12,624 bases of DNA from an uncultured bacterium (GCA_964549305.1 CAZJVM010000069.1:1-12624), one strand, 5' to 3'; shown: positions 1 through 8,539, numbered from the stretch's first letter. Notes: a model not told the origin generated them from the sequence alone. Numbers and translations: made by a program.

Positions 1-1466
1 GACTTTCCAATCTTCTCCATAAGCAGATGATAGTTTCCCGTCGCTTTTCCGATTTGTTCGTGATGCTGTGACCATTGCGCGCCCGGATAAGCGCCCATCT
101 TGATATCGTGGTCAATGGAAGCGACTTCGTATTCGAGAAACTTATCAACCATATTCCGGTCAAAATAGGAGAAGAATTCTCCGTAACCTATATGCCCCAT
201 ATCGTAGCTCTGCATCCAGCCGCTTTCCTCACTGTCATCGAAGAAAGGTGGAATGAAATTTTCCTTAAGGTCAGATGTTTCCTGAAGAGCGCGCCTTGCG
301 TGGTCGAGAGAATCAAAGGCAAATTTTGTTACGGCAAAAAATCCCGCAGGCACAGTGACATTGCTTGAAATGCCGAGCTTGAAAACCTGTCCGCTTGAAT
401 ATGGAGTCGCTTCTTCAATTTCGCCTCCGATTTCTTCAACAATATCCTTTAAAACATTTGCTTCGTATTCGAGCTGTTTCTCGCTGGAATACCCCACAAG
501 CATAACGCGAACCATACTTGGCGTTGAATCACCGAATTTATGCTTGTCCTCGTTCCACTTTGCGGCAAAATCATCCCTTGATTTCGCTCTTGCGATATAT
601 CTCCAAATAAAAGGCACGCGCACGCTGACTGCGGCAATTTCCGAATGCCCTATTTCATACATTGCATCAATTGCCTTTTCTGTTGTGGGGAAAAATATCG
701 TGAACCACTTGAAGCGGTCTTCAGGCAGTTTGAAAGCAGTGTTCGGCGTTACTCCCACGGATTTAGGCACGCCTTTAAAGGGCATAGGAAACAGCTTTAC
801 CGCCATCTTCGTCACGATTCCCAAACCACCGAAATTTCCGAACCATCCTCTCATTATGCCGCGCATATCGGGACCCGCACCTTCACCCCAGAAATAATCA
901 TCGTCATTTGCCGCGGAACCGGTTTTAATCAATTCTCCGTCGGGAAGTATCCATTCGGCGGCAAGCACGCGCCTGTTGGCATAACCTACACGGTGGACAA
1001 GTTGCCCCATACCCTGATTGAGATGGTTTGCAACAACTGACACCTGGGCACCGCACGAAGGCGCGCTCGTATAAAGCCCGAGTTTCATCGCTTCCGTCTG
1101 AAGTTCGGTATATGTTACATAGGGCTCGCAAATGGCATACATATTTTCCTCATCTATTACGAGCTTATCCATCCTCTTCATATCAATCATTATTGTGTTG
1201 GGCTTGATTGGCACGCATAAGGCAATATAGAATGTACCGAGAGGAATGTAGGGAAGCTTATAGCGGTTTGCTATTTTAACTATTGCCTGAACTTCTTCTG
1301 TACTTGAAGGAAGCACGACGCAACCGGGAATTTTCCTGTTTCTGTCCCAGGAAAACTTTCCGTAACCGCCTCTTGAATATGCTTCGCACTTCGTCTTTGA
1401 GTCGGTAAAGTTTTCTTTTCCTACTACCGCTACAATTTCTTTCTTGGCTTCTGAGGGTAGTGCCAT
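1..1466 (-). CDS. FAD-binding oxidoreductase, VAO/PCMH (FAD_binding_4) family, similar to p-cresol methylhydroxylase flavoprotein; 3' end truncated by the window edge (at least 488 aa)
   Basis: Not in the ORF track. Manual translation gives ATG at 1466 with AGGAG 9 nt upstream and an open frame to the left edge: MALPSEAKKEIVAVVGKENF...PGCVVLPSSTEEVQAIVKIANRYKLPYIP...IMIDMKRMD...CEPYVTYTELQ...SAPSCGAQVSVVAN...EWILPDGELIKTGS...GPDMRG...GGLGIVTKMAVKLFP...YHLLMEKIGK. These match FAD_binding_4 fold motifs. Confidence 0.9.
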   Translation of the reverse strand, partial: MALPSEAKKEIVAVVGKENFTDSKTKCEAYSRGGYGKFSWDRNRKIPGCVVLPSSTEEVQAIVKIANRYKLPYIPLGTFYIALCVPIKPNTIMIDMKRMDKLVIDEENMYAICEPYVTYTELQTEAMKLGLYTSAPSCGAQVSVVANHLNQGMGQLVHRVGYANRRVLAAEWILPDGELIKTGSAANDDDYFWGEGAGPDMRGIMRGWFGNFGGLGIVTKMAVKLFPMPFKGVPKSVGVTPNTAFKLPEDRFKWFTIFFPTTEKAIDAMYEIGHSEIAAVSVRVPFIWRYIARAKSRDDFAAKWNEDKHKFGDSTPSMVRVMLVGYSSEKQLEYEANVLKDIVEEIGGEIEEATPYSSGQVFKLGISSNVTVPAGFFAVTKFAFDSLDHARRALQETSDLKENFIPPFFDDSEESGWMQSYDMGHIGYGEFFSYFDRNMVDKFLEYEVASIDHDIKMGAYPGAQWSQHHEQIGKATGNYHLLMEKIGK

Positions 1467-1487
1467 TTATTTCTGCTCCTGTTTGTG

Positions 1488-1613
1488 ACAAATCCAATAT
1501 TTGGTTTTATACTGTGTCATCCTGCAATTCACAAATCCTCAAATACACCAACAGTATGCTGAAGTATTGCTCATCGAAGACTTCCCTGTCTAACAGTCAA
1601 ATCTTGAACCTGT
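1488..1613. repeat. Degenerate ~125-bp imperfect inverted-repeat element (REP/MITE-like)
   Basis: Left arm ACAAATCCAATATTTGGTTTTATAC (1488-1512) is imperfectly complementary to GTCTAACAGTCAAATCTTGAACCTGT (1588-1613). It lies in a 179-bp gap between co-oriented genes. AATCCAATAT is repeated exactly at 1491-1500 and 1636-1645. Confidence 0.35.
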
Positions 1614-1645
1614 ATAAAAATAATTTAAATTTAAGAATCCAATAT

Positions 1646-2893
1646 CTAAATAACCTGTGCCAGCAATTCGGTAAAATCCATTATGGCAAGTTTACCATTT
1701 TCGTTTGCTTCCGAAAAATTCCACTTGCAGAAGGGACACGATGAAACCAGTATCTCCGCTTCAGTCTGCCCTGCTTCCTCGAGTCGCTCTTTCGCTGACC
1801 ATACTGAAAAGTCATTATGAATCCACTTAACCGCGCCGCCTGCGCCGCAGCACCACGTATTCTCCTTCATCCTCTCCATTTCCGAAAGCTCGAGTCCTTC
1901 TATTTTTCCGAAGATATTGCGGGGAGCGTCATATACGCCTTTTGTGCCTCTGCGCCACGTTTTCGGAGGATTTGTCCTCCCGAAAGTTATATGCTCGCCG
2001 TCCCAATGGGTGTAGGACTCGGAAAGTCTTCCGAGGCGGCAGGAATCGTGATAAGTAATTTTCTTGTTCAGTGCGCCCGAAATATTGAGACGTCCTTCCT
2101 CTACAAGCTTTTCCGCGTATTCCGTAATATGGAGGATTTCATAATCGGTCCCGCTCTTCTCGGCCATTCTCGGATAATCCACCTTCCACATATGGTAACA
2201 TTCGGCACAGGAGGTAACTATTGTCTTACATCCGCTGTCCGCGAAGAGCTTTAGATTCTTTTCCCTTATTTCATTGGCTTCATTTTTGTAACCTAAACGA
2301 AGAAGAGGGTTGCCACAGCATTGCTCGGAAGGAAAAAGTGAATACGAAACACCGGCAGAGTTTAAAATCTTGACCGTCGATTCCGCTATGGAGTTGTAAC
2401 GGTATGAAGCCGAACATCCCGCGAAATAAAGCACTTCCGGGTTTTCCGATTTTCCCGCTTCCGTCTTGTTCCAGTCGTTTCTTTTTGCCGTCGGAGCGCC
2501 GTAAAGATTTCCTTTGGATATTACATTTGAAACGATTTTTTTCTGCACCGCGGGCACCTTACCGCCCTTCTCCACGTATCTGCACCTGAATGCTTCTATT
2601 ACTTCGAGGCGCTCATTGTCTATGCATCTTTTGCACATCACATCGCAGGCGCCGCAAAGCGTGCAATGATAAAGAATTTCATAGAGGTCTTTGTTTATGT
2701 CAATCTCACCGTCAAGATAAGCAAGGGCGATATCCATAATCCCCTGACAGGAAAATGAATCAAACTTAAACCTTGTGCTGATGGGACATATCTTGTTGAA
2801 CCTCTTGCTCTTTGAATGCATAGGGTCAACCCACTTGCAGGATGATGACCTTACGCACATTTCAACGTCATATCTGTATTTTTCAAGTTCCAT
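1646..2893 (-). CDS. Fe-S oxidoreductase with N-terminal ferredoxin-like region and two CCG domains (GlcF/GlpC/HdrD-like)
   Basis: CTLCGACDVMC cluster motif. CCG domain 1: YFAGC...EQCCG...TSCAEC. CCG domain 2: YHDSCRLGR...WCCGAGG...SSCPFC. The AGGAG RBS overlaps the upstream gene's stop codon. Confidence 0.9.
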   Translation of the reverse strand: MELEKYRYDVEMCVRSSSCKWVDPMHSKSKRFNKICPISTRFKFDSFSCQGIMDIALAYLDGEIDINKDLYEILYHCTLCGACDVMCKRCIDNERLEVIEAFRCRYVEKGGKVPAVQKKIVSNVISKGNLYGAPTAKRNDWNKTEAGKSENPEVLYFAGCSASYRYNSIAESTVKILNSAGVSYSLFPSEQCCGNPLLRLGYKNEANEIREKNLKLFADSGCKTIVTSCAECYHMWKVDYPRMAEKSGTDYEILHITEYAEKLVEEGRLNISGALNKKITYHDSCRLGRLSESYTHWDGEHITFGRTNPPKTWRRGTKGVYDAPRNIFGKIEGLELSEMERMKENTWCCGAGGAVKWIHNDFSVWSAKERLEEAGQTEAEILVSSCPFCKWNFSEANENGKLAIMDFTELLAQVI

Positions 2894-2908
2894 CGTTAAA
2901 ACGCTCTC

Positions 2909-4351
2909 CTAAAATGACAACCTTCCCGGATTCATGATTCCGGCAGGGTCAAATATGTTTTTAACTTTTCTTACCGCCTCTTTATATCCGCCTGACCTGT
3001 CAAAAGTTATCTCTGCCGTATCTCCGTAAGGACGGCTGAAAAATGCCCCCTTTGCAGAAAGAGCGGCAACGATTTTTCTGTATGATTCCCTTATCTTTTC
3101 ATTCTTTACAGAGGTTGCGTCATAATAAATATGATGCTCGCAATGATACGCCCTTCCGTTTTCAACAGGTTGTATATAAAGACCGGAAACAGAATTTTCA
3201 ATATTCGCAGAGTCCGCCGCTTCCTTATAAACTTTGCAAAGTTCGGGTATTTTCTTCATTGTTGTCTTGTATAAAATCTGCGCTACATTTCCCCTGAGCA
3301 TATTCTTCCAGTATATCTTCTCTTCGGGCCAGCATTTTTCCACATTGTCGCAGAGCCATTTCTTGTCCTCTTCTGAAACTGCTGAAAGTTCACTTATTGA
3401 GTTTCCAACTGTTTCCTTCAGTGCCTCCTCTTCATATGCGATTTTTTCCTCAGGCCTTCTCTTTGCGCCGCGAAGCATCATCACCGTAATATAGGCGGGC
3501 ATCTTCTTCTTCAATTCCTCATACTTTGAAATATCTCCCTGAGAAAGAATCAGAGAAGCGTTTTCACTGTCAAGGATGAAGCATTCCTGCCCTATCATAA
3601 GGCGCTGAATCCGCTGCACAGTATTAATCGATTCTTCGAGAGACCGTGAGCCATAAAGAAAGAGTTTTTTAAGGGGTGATCTGTGCTCGAGTTTCACCGC
3701 TGCCCAGGTCACTATTCCGAGAGTCCCCTGCGCTCCATGAAAAAGCCGGAAAAAATCCATACCGGGACCGTAGGGGCAAACCATATCGACTGCGGGTTTA
3801 TCGCCTTTGTATGACATCGTAATGGATGACGACCCTGTCCTCATCAAATCCCCTGCAGGCATTATAGCTTCGAGAGTCAATATGGGGTCAGCGTATTCAA
3901 ATTTCGGAATAATCGCCGGCACCCTTTCGAGAAGGTCCGTAAGCGCCGAAGTTCCCGCATTGGGAAAGAGAGGATTGAACATTCTCATATTCTTTTTTTC
4001 AAGCTCTTCATCAATCCGCTTCCAGTTTACCCCCGGTTCAAAAATGATTTTTCTGTTTCTTTCATCAATGAGACGTATTTGGTCCATTCCCGACATATCA
4101 AGAAGAATTCCTCCCTGTGCCGGAAGAGACGCACCCGTATAATGTATTTTAGAGCTTGAAGGAACAACAGGTATCTTTTTCTTGTTGGCAAATCTTATGA
4201 TTTCCCGAATGGTGTCGGCGTCATTAACCTTTACCAGATAATTAGGCGCCTTCCCTTTGAAAGGACTTTCGTCAGTGCAATATTTTCCAATGTTGCCGTC
4301 TTCTACGTTTCCGTTGCCGACAATTTCCGTAAGTTTTTCCTTTACTCCCAA
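2909..4351 (-). CDS. FAD-binding oxidoreductase, FAD_binding_4 / FAD-oxidase_C (GlcD/VAO superfamily)
   Basis: TTG start with GGAGG 7 nt upstream. Motifs GGILLDMSGM, FEPGV, MPAGDLMRTGS, GAQGTLGIVT and C-terminal KVKNIFDPAGIMNPGRL. Confidence 0.9.
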   Translation of the reverse strand: MGVKEKLTEIVGNGNVEDGNIGKYCTDESPFKGKAPNYLVKVNDADTIREIIRFANKKKIPVVPSSSKIHYTGASLPAQGGILLDMSGMDQIRLIDERNRKIIFEPGVNWKRIDEELEKKNMRMFNPLFPNAGTSALTDLLERVPAIIPKFEYADPILTLEAIMPAGDLMRTGSSSITMSYKGDKPAVDMVCPYGPGMDFFRLFHGAQGTLGIVTWAAVKLEHRSPLKKLFLYGSRSLEESINTVQRIQRLMIGQECFILDSENASLILSQGDISKYEELKKKMPAYITVMMLRGAKRRPEEKIAYEEEALKETVGNSISELSAVSEEDKKWLCDNVEKCWPEEKIYWKNMLRGNVAQILYKTTMKKIPELCKVYKEAADSANIENSVSGLYIQPVENGRAYHCEHHIYYDATSVKNEKIRESYRKIVAALSAKGAFFSRPYGDTAEITFDRSGGYKEAVRKVKNIFDPAGIMNPGRLSF

Positions 4352-4519
4352 TTATAATCCTCCGCATCGGTAAAACCCGTCAGGAATAGTCACTTTTTAC
4401 GACAAATTGCATCACGCACGCTGATGTCACAAATTTAATTTTCCTGAAAACGGGAGAAATTTAAAAAAAGTCCCGTATATAAAACAAATATTTAAGGAAA
4501 GGTAAAGGGAAAAATGCCT

Positions 4520-5077
4520 TCAGGAATAGTTCTCCGCCCTGACTATGCACCTGTGGTCATCGGCGATACTTTTCTCCATTGAAACCTTGACCCTCACACC
4601 TGTTTTTGAATAAATTTCATCGCATAATGTCCTGCAGAAATTCCAGCAGGGCATTTTTTTTGCATTATCTTCTCCCGTATCTGCCATAAGTTTATCGTAA
4701 ATAGCACATTTCGTCACCTCATAGACGATTGCATTTTGTGAAATTTCCCTGTAGTTCCATTTGTCTTCCGGACGAAGGGCTATCATGCTTATTTCAAACA
4801 ACCGCTGTGGGACACTGGGAAAAATATGTCCCGTTTTTTCCGCGATTTCATAAATAGTTTCAGCCATTCTGTCCCTATGCTCTGCTTCTTCCGAGCAAAT
4901 AGTCGCGGCAAGCTTTTTTCCAAAATCAGAAAAAAACATCTTTGCACCCGTTTCCTGAGTATCACTGCTTTTGTCTTTTAAAAAAGATTTATACCCCGAA
5001 ACAAGTGTATTTACCGCAAACCTGTCTTCAATTGAGTCCAAAAAATCAAGGTCGAGTCCATAGTTAACTTTTCCCAT
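4520..5077 (-). CDS. Hypothetical 185-aa protein with four conserved Cys, V4R/ATC-hydrolase-like; paralog of 5219..5785
   Basis: GGAGGAG RBS. Pattern YEVTKCAIY...PCWNFC...HRC. Shares RDRxAExIYEIAxKTGHxFPxVPQRL and EDKW with its neighbour. Fold assignment is by eye. Confidence 0.75.
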   Translation of the reverse strand: MGKVNYGLDLDFLDSIEDRFAVNTLVSGYKSFLKDKSSDTQETGAKMFFSDFGKKLAATICSEEAEHRDRMAETIYEIAEKTGHIFPSVPQRLFEISMIALRPEDKWNYREISQNAIVYEVTKCAIYDKLMADTGEDNAKKMPCWNFCRTLCDEIYSKTGVRVKVSMEKSIADDHRCIVRAENYS

Positions 5078-5136
5078 AGTTAACTCCTCCGAAGGTTAAA
5101 GGATTGTGGCTAATGGATAATATAATTACTCTGAAA

Positions 5137-5171
5137 CAAAAAACGGGTTTCCCCTTTCAGAGAAACCCGTT
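5137..5171 (-). terminator. Rho-independent terminator
   Basis: Minus strand reads AACGGGTTTCTCT-GAA-AGGGGAAACCCGTT (13-bp stem, one G-U pair) followed by TTTTGTTT, about 50 nt after the stop of 5219..5785. Confidence 0.8.
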
Positions 5172-5218
5172 CAAAAAAACTATTCAGTCATTTTTCACCT
5201 CGAGACCGCAAAAGCGGT

Positions 5219-5785
5219 TTATTCAAAATGATAAAAACCGTCAAACTGGCAATGCCCGTCCTTGGTAATAGCCGCCTTCATTTTTACGCCTACATCAAGT
5301 CCGAGTCCTTCGTAAATAGCTTCGCCTAACGCTATGCAGTAATGCCGGCAGGGAAGCACATCAGCCGTTTCCTTGCCCACTGCCTCAACAAGCGCTTCAT
5401 AAACAGCGCACTTTTTAACTGAATATGAAAGACGTTTAAATGAAATAGAATCCCACTTCCACTTGTCTTCAAGTCTTGTTGAAAGAAGCGCTATTTCAAT
5501 TAACCGTTGTGGAACATTGGGAAAATAATGTCCTGTTTTCCCTGCAATTTCATAGATTAATTCTGCTGTCCTGTCGCGTTGAGGTTCTTCGGTCTCGAGA
5601 ATATGTTTTCCAAGATTGCGAGCATATTCCTCGAAAATCTTTTTTCCGGCATTATCTGCCTCTTCAGGGCTTTTTCCCTTTGCAGCTTCCGCAAACTTGT
5701 CTACAACACCCTTAACAGGGAATGCCTTGTCAATGGATTCAAAATAACTCTCATCAATAAAATATTTTTTACTCGGTGTGCTCAT
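5219..5785 (-). CDS. Hypothetical 188-aa protein with four conserved Cys, V4R/ATC-hydrolase-like; paralog of 4520..5077
   Basis: Purine-rich AAGGA RBS. Pattern YSVKKCAVY...PCRHYC...GHCQF, with clear similarity to the adjacent paralog. Confidence 0.75.
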   Translation of the reverse strand: MSTPSKKYFIDESYFESIDKAFPVKGVVDKFAEAAKGKSPEEADNAGKKIFEEYARNLGKHILETEEPQRDRTAELIYEIAGKTGHYFPNVPQRLIEIALLSTRLEDKWKWDSISFKRLSYSVKKCAVYEALVEAVGKETADVLPCRHYCIALGEAIYEGLGLDVGVKMKAAITKDGHCQFDGFYHFE

Positions 5786-5822
5786 CTTTTTCCTTCCTTC
5801 CCCCTTTTCAATGGAAAACTTT

Positions 5823-7529
5823 TCATTTCATAACTGCGGTTACCCCGCCTGTATCTACTTTTTGTTCAATATAATCACAGCGCAGGCATCTTTCACATTC
5901 ACGAAGAGCTTCTTCCCTGCTAATTGCAAGTTCCACTTCGACATCCTTCTTTCTTTCAGCAACAGGAACTGAAGGCGCTTCCGCACGTTCATGTTTTGCG
6001 TCCAGAGCCCTCAAGTCAAAAGGCACTGTGTCTTCATACTTATTAAGCCAGAAACATTCTGACCTTTCTTCTTCAGGAAGATCTCTGGAAAGATAACTAT
6101 TGATGGAAACTGCGGCCTTTTCTCCTGTCCCCACGGCATCAGCTATTGTGGCAGGTCCTGTAACAACATCCCCGCCTGCAAAAATATCTTTCACTGTTGT
6201 GTCCATGCTGTGAGAGTCTGCATAGATATACCCTGTATAGGAAAGTCCTATGCCTGAATCTTTGAGAATACTTTCAGCATCAATTTTCTGCCCGATGGCG
6301 GCTATGACTGTATCTGTTTCAACTTCAAAATCCTGACCATCAAGCGGGGCTGATTTCCTTCTTCCGCTATTGTCATAACCTTTTATCTCCATCTTCCCGC
6401 AGACTATCTTTTTTACTTTTCCCTTTTCACCTTCAATCTTCAATGGCCTTGCAAGAAATATAAATTTTACTCCTTCCTTCTCAGCCTCTTCTATCTCGTC
6501 AGGAATTGCCGGCATTGCTTCCCTGTCCCTCCTGTAAATGACAGTCACGTCAGCTCCAAACCTGAACGCAGTTCTTGCCGCATCAATTGCCGCGTTGCCA
6601 CCGCCTATGACTGACACTTTTTTACCAAGTTTAGGTTCAATTCCTTTTCTGAAATCTTTAAGCAAGCCCCAAGCTTGTATTACACCATTCAGGTCTTCTC
6701 CCTCTAATCCGAGAGAAGAGGGTTTTTCTGCTCCTATTCCTATATAGAAAGCCTGATATCCGTCTTTGCGTAAATCGTCGATTGAAATATCTTTTCCAAC
6801 TTCACAATTGAGTTTGAGCTCTATACCGGTGTTGAGTATGAAATCTACATCTCTTTTAACAGCATCTTCAGGAAGGCGGTAGATCGGAATCATTGATGTG
6901 ATGATACCTCCCGGCTTGTCTGACTTATCAAAAACAGTCACCGGATAACCCAGACGGCGAAGGAAATAAGCACACGAAAGCCCTGAAGGACCCGCGCCTA
7001 TAACCGCAACTTTTTTCTTCGCATTGTGCGGGTTTTCTTTCATAACAGGCTTAGCTTCACTGTTTTTTGCAACGTCAGCCATATAACGCTTGAGGCTCCT
7101 TACGTTTACAGCTTTTCCGTCAACACGCTTTCTTCCACAGGTCGTATCGCAAATATGCGGACACGCTCTTGCACAGGTTTCTACAAAAGGATTTCTTTCT
7201 CTGTGAAGCCCGAGCGCTTTATCTTCCATATTTGCGCGAATGAGTGAAATCATAGAAGGAATATCAACATGGGCAGGACACTCATCTTCGCAGGAGGCAA
7301 TAAGTTCAAGTGCTCCTTCAGGACACACTCTTATACATTCAAGACACCCTACACACTGACCGGGAAACCACATTGCCAGTTCCCAGGCATCCGTGGGCAT
7401 TGCCTCGCCTTTATCGATTTTAGGAAGATGCATTTTATAGACACATTGCGGACAAATTTCTATGCACCTGTGACACTCAACAGGCGAATGACATTTTTCA
7501 TGATTTATTGCTATTTGGACACGAGCCAT
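5823..7529 (-). CDS. GltD/NfnB/SudA-family NAD(P)H-dependent Fe-S flavoprotein with fused N-terminal 2[4Fe-4S] ferredoxin
   Basis: Ferredoxin: CHSPVECHRCIEICP...CVGCLECIRVCP. GltD Fe-S domain: CEDECPAHVDIP...NPFVETCARACPHICDTTC. FAD site VAVIGAGPSGL. Pyridine nucleotide site VIGGGNAAIDAAR...YRR (NADP-type). Also FAGGDVVTGP and C-terminal ECERCLRC. Confidence 0.9.
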   Translation of the reverse strand: MARVQIAINHEKCHSPVECHRCIEICPQCVYKMHLPKIDKGEAMPTDAWELAMWFPGQCVGCLECIRVCPEGALELIASCEDECPAHVDIPSMISLIRANMEDKALGLHRERNPFVETCARACPHICDTTCGRKRVDGKAVNVRSLKRYMADVAKNSEAKPVMKENPHNAKKKVAVIGAGPSGLSCAYFLRRLGYPVTVFDKSDKPGGIITSMIPIYRLPEDAVKRDVDFILNTGIELKLNCEVGKDISIDDLRKDGYQAFYIGIGAEKPSSLGLEGEDLNGVIQAWGLLKDFRKGIEPKLGKKVSVIGGGNAAIDAARTAFRFGADVTVIYRRDREAMPAIPDEIEEAEKEGVKFIFLARPLKIEGEKGKVKKIVCGKMEIKGYDNSGRRKSAPLDGQDFEVETDTVIAAIGQKIDAESILKDSGIGLSYTGYIYADSHSMDTTVKDIFAGGDVVTGPATIADAVGTGEKAAVSINSYLSRDLPEEERSECFWLNKYEDTVPFDLRALDAKHERAEAPSVPVAERKKDVEVELAISREEALRECERCLRCDYIEQKVDTGGVTAVMK

Positions 7530-7559
7530 TTTATACCCTCCAGATATTTAAAATGTAAT

Positions 7560-8486
7560 TTACCATAAATCCCTTAATCCGGGAGTAGTCATTCTCTCAA
7601 CCATTGTGATTGCTTCGTGACGGCAGTGATTGGCGCACTGCGCGCACCCGAAACACTTTCTCATATTTATGTTAAGCTTGTTACGGCTGACCTGGAGAGA
7701 CATAGCCCCAAACTGGCAAAAGGAAATACATTCCCCGCATCCGATACATTTTTCATCAATAGGTCTTGCACAATACTCGCCTTTAAGCAGAACCTCTTCA
7801 ACATCATAATCCAGTCTTCCCCTGATACCGAGACACGTTGGATATTCACAGTTGCAGATTCCGCCGATATAAGGCGTATAAAAAGTCCAGAGAGTATGAA
7901 CATTGCCTCTTCTGTCGAAATGGCGAAGTCTTTCTTTTGCTTCTTTTACTGAAAGAAAAGTCATTCCGCGGAAAGTTTCCGGCCATCTTTCCCATTTATA
8001 TATTCCTATACCGAGAGAAAGGCAGGTCATTGCATTGTCGTTACTGTACATCCCTCTTGACTCTCGCCGGCAAATGCATTCCATCATCCCGATAGGATAT
8101 GTAAGTTCTATCATAGCTTCAGCTTCCTCAAGGGTAACTACCTGCCCGAAATGGTAGTTAGCCATAAAGCTGTTGACCTTCTTTTTCAAAATCGGGAGTT
8201 TCTCTACATCTTTTCCTGTTGCTTCAAGGACTTCTCTCATAAGGTCTGAAAACATTATATCAAGATCAACCTGTGCACCGGGGGCAAGAGCAAACTCGCC
8301 GTCTTCCGTCATATAATATTCAGGGGGTTTTTGATGGGGACCTACTATTTCTCCAACCTTCTTCTCGACTTTTGCGGCTTTCTTTAAAGCATTTTTTTTG
8401 CGACGTCTGTACAGATTAGCGGCATAGTTTTCTGCAGCAAGAAACCACTTTCCGTCCCCTCCGTGCTGGATACAATGATGGCACAT
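7560..8486 (-). CDS. Uncharacterised Cys-rich Fe-S protein (MCxxCxxHG N-terminus, C-terminal 2[4Fe-4S] domain); paralog of 9141..10190
   Basis: GGAGGAG RBS. Motifs MCHHCIQHG, HFGQV, CICR, GGICNCEYPTC, CIGCGECISFC and CFGCAQCANHC. Confidence 0.85.
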   Translation of the reverse strand: MCHHCIQHGGDGKWFLAAENYAANLYRRRKKNALKKAAKVEKKVGEIVGPHQKPPEYYMTEDGEFALAPGAQVDLDIMFSDLMREVLEATGKDVEKLPILKKKVNSFMANYHFGQVVTLEEAEAMIELTYPIGMMECICRRESRGMYSNDNAMTCLSLGIGIYKWERWPETFRGMTFLSVKEAKERLRHFDRRGNVHTLWTFYTPYIGGICNCEYPTCLGIRGRLDYDVEEVLLKGEYCARPIDEKCIGCGECISFCQFGAMSLQVSRNKLNINMRKCFGCAQCANHCRHEAITMVERMTTPGLRDLW

Positions 8487-8539
8487 ATAAATCTCCTCCG
8501 TCAGTTAATGTTAATGAGCATCAAATTATCTGAGCTACT

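Noticed and set aside
75-1744. Short ORFs in the track (75..368, 355..897, 449..637, 645..1040, 925..1131, 1276..1497, 1460..1744)
   Set aside because: They overlap, antisense or out of frame, the FAD-oxidoreductase gene at 1..1466 or the end of the CCG gene, and show no recognisable motifs.
1-4351. Naming the triad glcD/glcE/glcF or hdrD
   Set aside because: Only fold-level similarity. The GlcD catalytic motifs were not found and no other hdr genes are present.
5823-7529. Naming this gene gltD, nfnB or dsrL
   Set aside because: It belongs to the family, but no gltB, nfnA or dsr genes are adjacent and it has a distinct N-terminal ferredoxin, so no symbol was assigned.
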